A program made the translations under genes and the position numbers. Below the pieces are notes generated by a model that was not told the DNA's origin, searched no databases, and was given only the letters and a program-made list of their open reading frames with translations. 64,000 bases of DNA from Desulfatiglandales bacterium (GTDB lineage Bacteria; Desulfobacterota; DSM-4660; Desulfatiglandales; HGW-15), in contig CAXXJJ010000004.1 in assembly GCA_963667015.2 (NCBI GenBank), positions 3,904,001 to 3,968,000 on the forward strand, read 5' to 3'. Positions 62,358 to 64,000 of the stretch are shown here, piece by piece (positions within the stretch are counted from its first letter, which is position 1; each line of letters begins with the position of its first letter).

Positions 62358-63701
62358 ATGAGTGTATCTGCAATTTCAAAAGGAAATCAAGATTGTGATG
62401 TTGTAATAAGGATGCTTGACCAGTGCCTTTTTTTGTATAACTCCACAAAAGTTACTTCATCAATTCAATTAATAATTAATATTAAGAGAGGCACTCTAAA
62501 ATACTTAGATATTTTTGTTCCTTATCAAATATCTGAGCTAAGAAACCGTACTCCGAGCTTCTTACATGAATATAATCCTTATATCAATTTGCCATTTAGT
62601 TATGATGTTAAATCAAGAGATCCAGTAAATCAAAATTGTGGAGAAGTTATTTTAGATGATGTTGATACTAATATTAGAGAGGTATCTATAGAGCAAATTC
62701 CTTACATCGAATCAGGTTTGGATGCGACTAAAATCAAAATAATATTTTTAGAAGAAATCACTGTCCCCGAATGTGTAGGCATCAGATTAGAATTTGATAC
62801 ATATTCTCTTAATAAAATAATATTTAGTGATGAATTAAAAGACTACAATTCAATTAATGTCTGGTATTATATTCCAAGAGACATTCAGCTATTAAACCTA
62901 CCCAATATCTTAGACGTAAAGTGTTTAATTACTTGGCTGGTTTTTCCAAATAACACCCTTAATATAACAAATATAGCACCTCAATGTACCCATGTAAGAC
63001 CTATGGATGGTTCTAATTGGCACGATAAATCAATCTATGATGTTATGGAGCCTTTTTTTTATCCTAGGACCAAAGAGATATGGGGAAAATTGCCAAGAAA
63101 ACTAATTGAATGGCGAGATAAAGATGATTCAGGATTCGTCTTAGGCTCTAATAAATATAAGAATTATAGTGTTGATTTTGAAACTTTTAAAGAAGATTCG
63201 CAAAAGAAATTATTTCAGAAAGAAAAATCTTCCTCCTTTGATTTTATGTCTCCATCTGAAAAAGAAAAAGAAAAATATTTTACTAATAAGTTTGAATTTC
63301 AGATCATCGGAGGTTCTGAATCAGGGGGGATGATAGTTAGTGGAAATAAAAAAATAAAAATTGGTCATGCTGAATTGGATTTGCTCGTAAAATTAGCAAA
63401 AGAAGTCCAGAAGGACTATTACGGGAATGATGCTATTGATATTGGTTGGCTAAAAAGTACTGAATTAAGAGAATCCGTTAGGTCTTGGAGAGACAAGACT
63501 CTTCAAGATAAAGCTGTATCAAAAAAAACTAGTGACCCTGGGGAAGATATTATTAAGGTTATTAGTAGACTAAATATAAAATTAAATAATGAACTAGGAT
63601 TAGAGAAGAAGGACTATTTAATAGAGAATGGTTATAAGATGTATGGTCGAGCAGGACAATTTAGATTAAGAGTTCACCCTTCTTCAATTGAAATAATATA
63701 A
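62358..63701 (+). CDS. Hypothetical protein, beta-rich N-terminus and C-terminal wHTH-like domain
   Basis: ELDLLVKLA...IIKVISRLNIKL...LIEN...G.FRL resembles OmpR-type DNA-binding domain. Confidence 0.55.
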   Translation: MSVSAISKGNQDCDVVIRMLDQCLFLYNSTKVTSSIQLIINIKRGTLKYLDIFVPYQISELRNRTPSFLHEYNPYINLPFSYDVKSRDPVNQNCGEVILDDVDTNIREVSIEQIPYIESGLDATKIKIIFLEEITVPECVGIRLEFDTYSLNKIIFSDELKDYNSINVWYYIPRDIQLLNLPNILDVKCLITWLVFPNNTLNITNIAPQCTHVRPMDGSNWHDKSIYDVMEPFFYPRTKEIWGKLPRKLIEWRDKDDSGFVLGSNKYKNYSVDFETFKEDSQKKLFQKEKSSSFDFMSPSEKEKEKYFTNKFEFQIIGGSESGGMIVSGNKKIKIGHAELDLLVKLAKEVQKDYYGNDAIDIGWLKSTELRESVRSWRDKTLQDKAVSKKTSDPGEDIIKVISRLNIKLNNELGLEKKDYLIENGYKMYGRAGQFRLRVHPSSIEII

Positions 63702-63708
63702 TATAATT

Positions 63709-64000
63709 TTATTTCTTTATTTTTACAGGCGTGCCTAGCCCATACCCCATAATAATTCCAGGTCTAAGCATATAAGTTTCAACGCTATAATGAATTATGG
63801 CATCTGCTCCTGCTTTCTTTGCCGAATCATACATTTGTTCTTCTATATTTCGTGCATCCATCCCTCGTTTCGATTCAGATTTTAATTCTGGAGTTTGTAG
63901 AAATGTTTGAAAAATAGAACCTTCTTTCCATCTTATCACTTCTTTAGGTGGCAGGTATTCGTATTCCTTGCCAGTAATCTCTTCTAGTTCTTTCTTATCT
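63709..64000 (-). CDS. YbjQ/heavy-metal-binding-like protein (partial)
   Basis: AKKAGADAII...GTPVKI; frame open to window end. Confidence 0.45.
   Translation of the reverse strand, partial: DKKELEEITGKEYEYLPPKEVIRWKEGSIFQTFLQTPELKSESKRGMDARNIEEQMYDSAKKAGADAIIHYSVETYMLRPGIIMGYGLGTPVKIKK

Larger units (their letters stand above)
17666..64000. mobile_element. tRNA-Pro-integrated genomic island (right end outside window)
   Basis: tRNA 3' fragment at left end; AT-rich; recombinases, defence cargo, SSB/RadC/IHF backbone genes. Confidence 0.7.

Overview
Bacterial chromosome window, probably from a sulfate-reducer-type Deltaproteobacterium (inferred from gene content). Bases 1-4.7 kb are core genes (YfgM-like TPR protein, DedA, purA, mnmG). 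From 4.8 to 17.5 kb lies an eroded accessory tract: a 3'-duplicated Fe-S gene flanking a probable toxin-deleted TA module, a lone integron cassette (HEPN-motif protein), a PHP-ATPase (Ppl-like) gene and a five-gene RIT element. At 17666-17714 is the 3' half of tRNA-Pro(TGG), the attachment scar of a large AT-rich integrative element running past the window end. Its cargo includes a HEXXH-protein + trimeric dCTP deaminase operon, an XRE/IrrE-regulated SMODS-SLATT (CBASS-like) locus, a six-cassette attC array with no intI, a tyrosine recombinase next to an invertible segment bounded by 28-bp sites, a HerA-like ATPase-nuclease fusion, SSB/RadC/DprA-like backbone genes and an archaeal-looking integrase segment. 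The strongest candidates for an undescribed system are (1) two divergent 'tyrosine recombinase + IS91 HUH transposase' elements, each built like a self-contained integron cassette (GTT core at the left end, attC-like hairpin at the right end, insertion at GTT, one precisely in an attC), (2) the metallopeptidase-like/Dcd operon and (3) the recombinase inversion switch. Several homopolymer frameshifts suggest some sequencing error, so frameshift calls need read-level checks.
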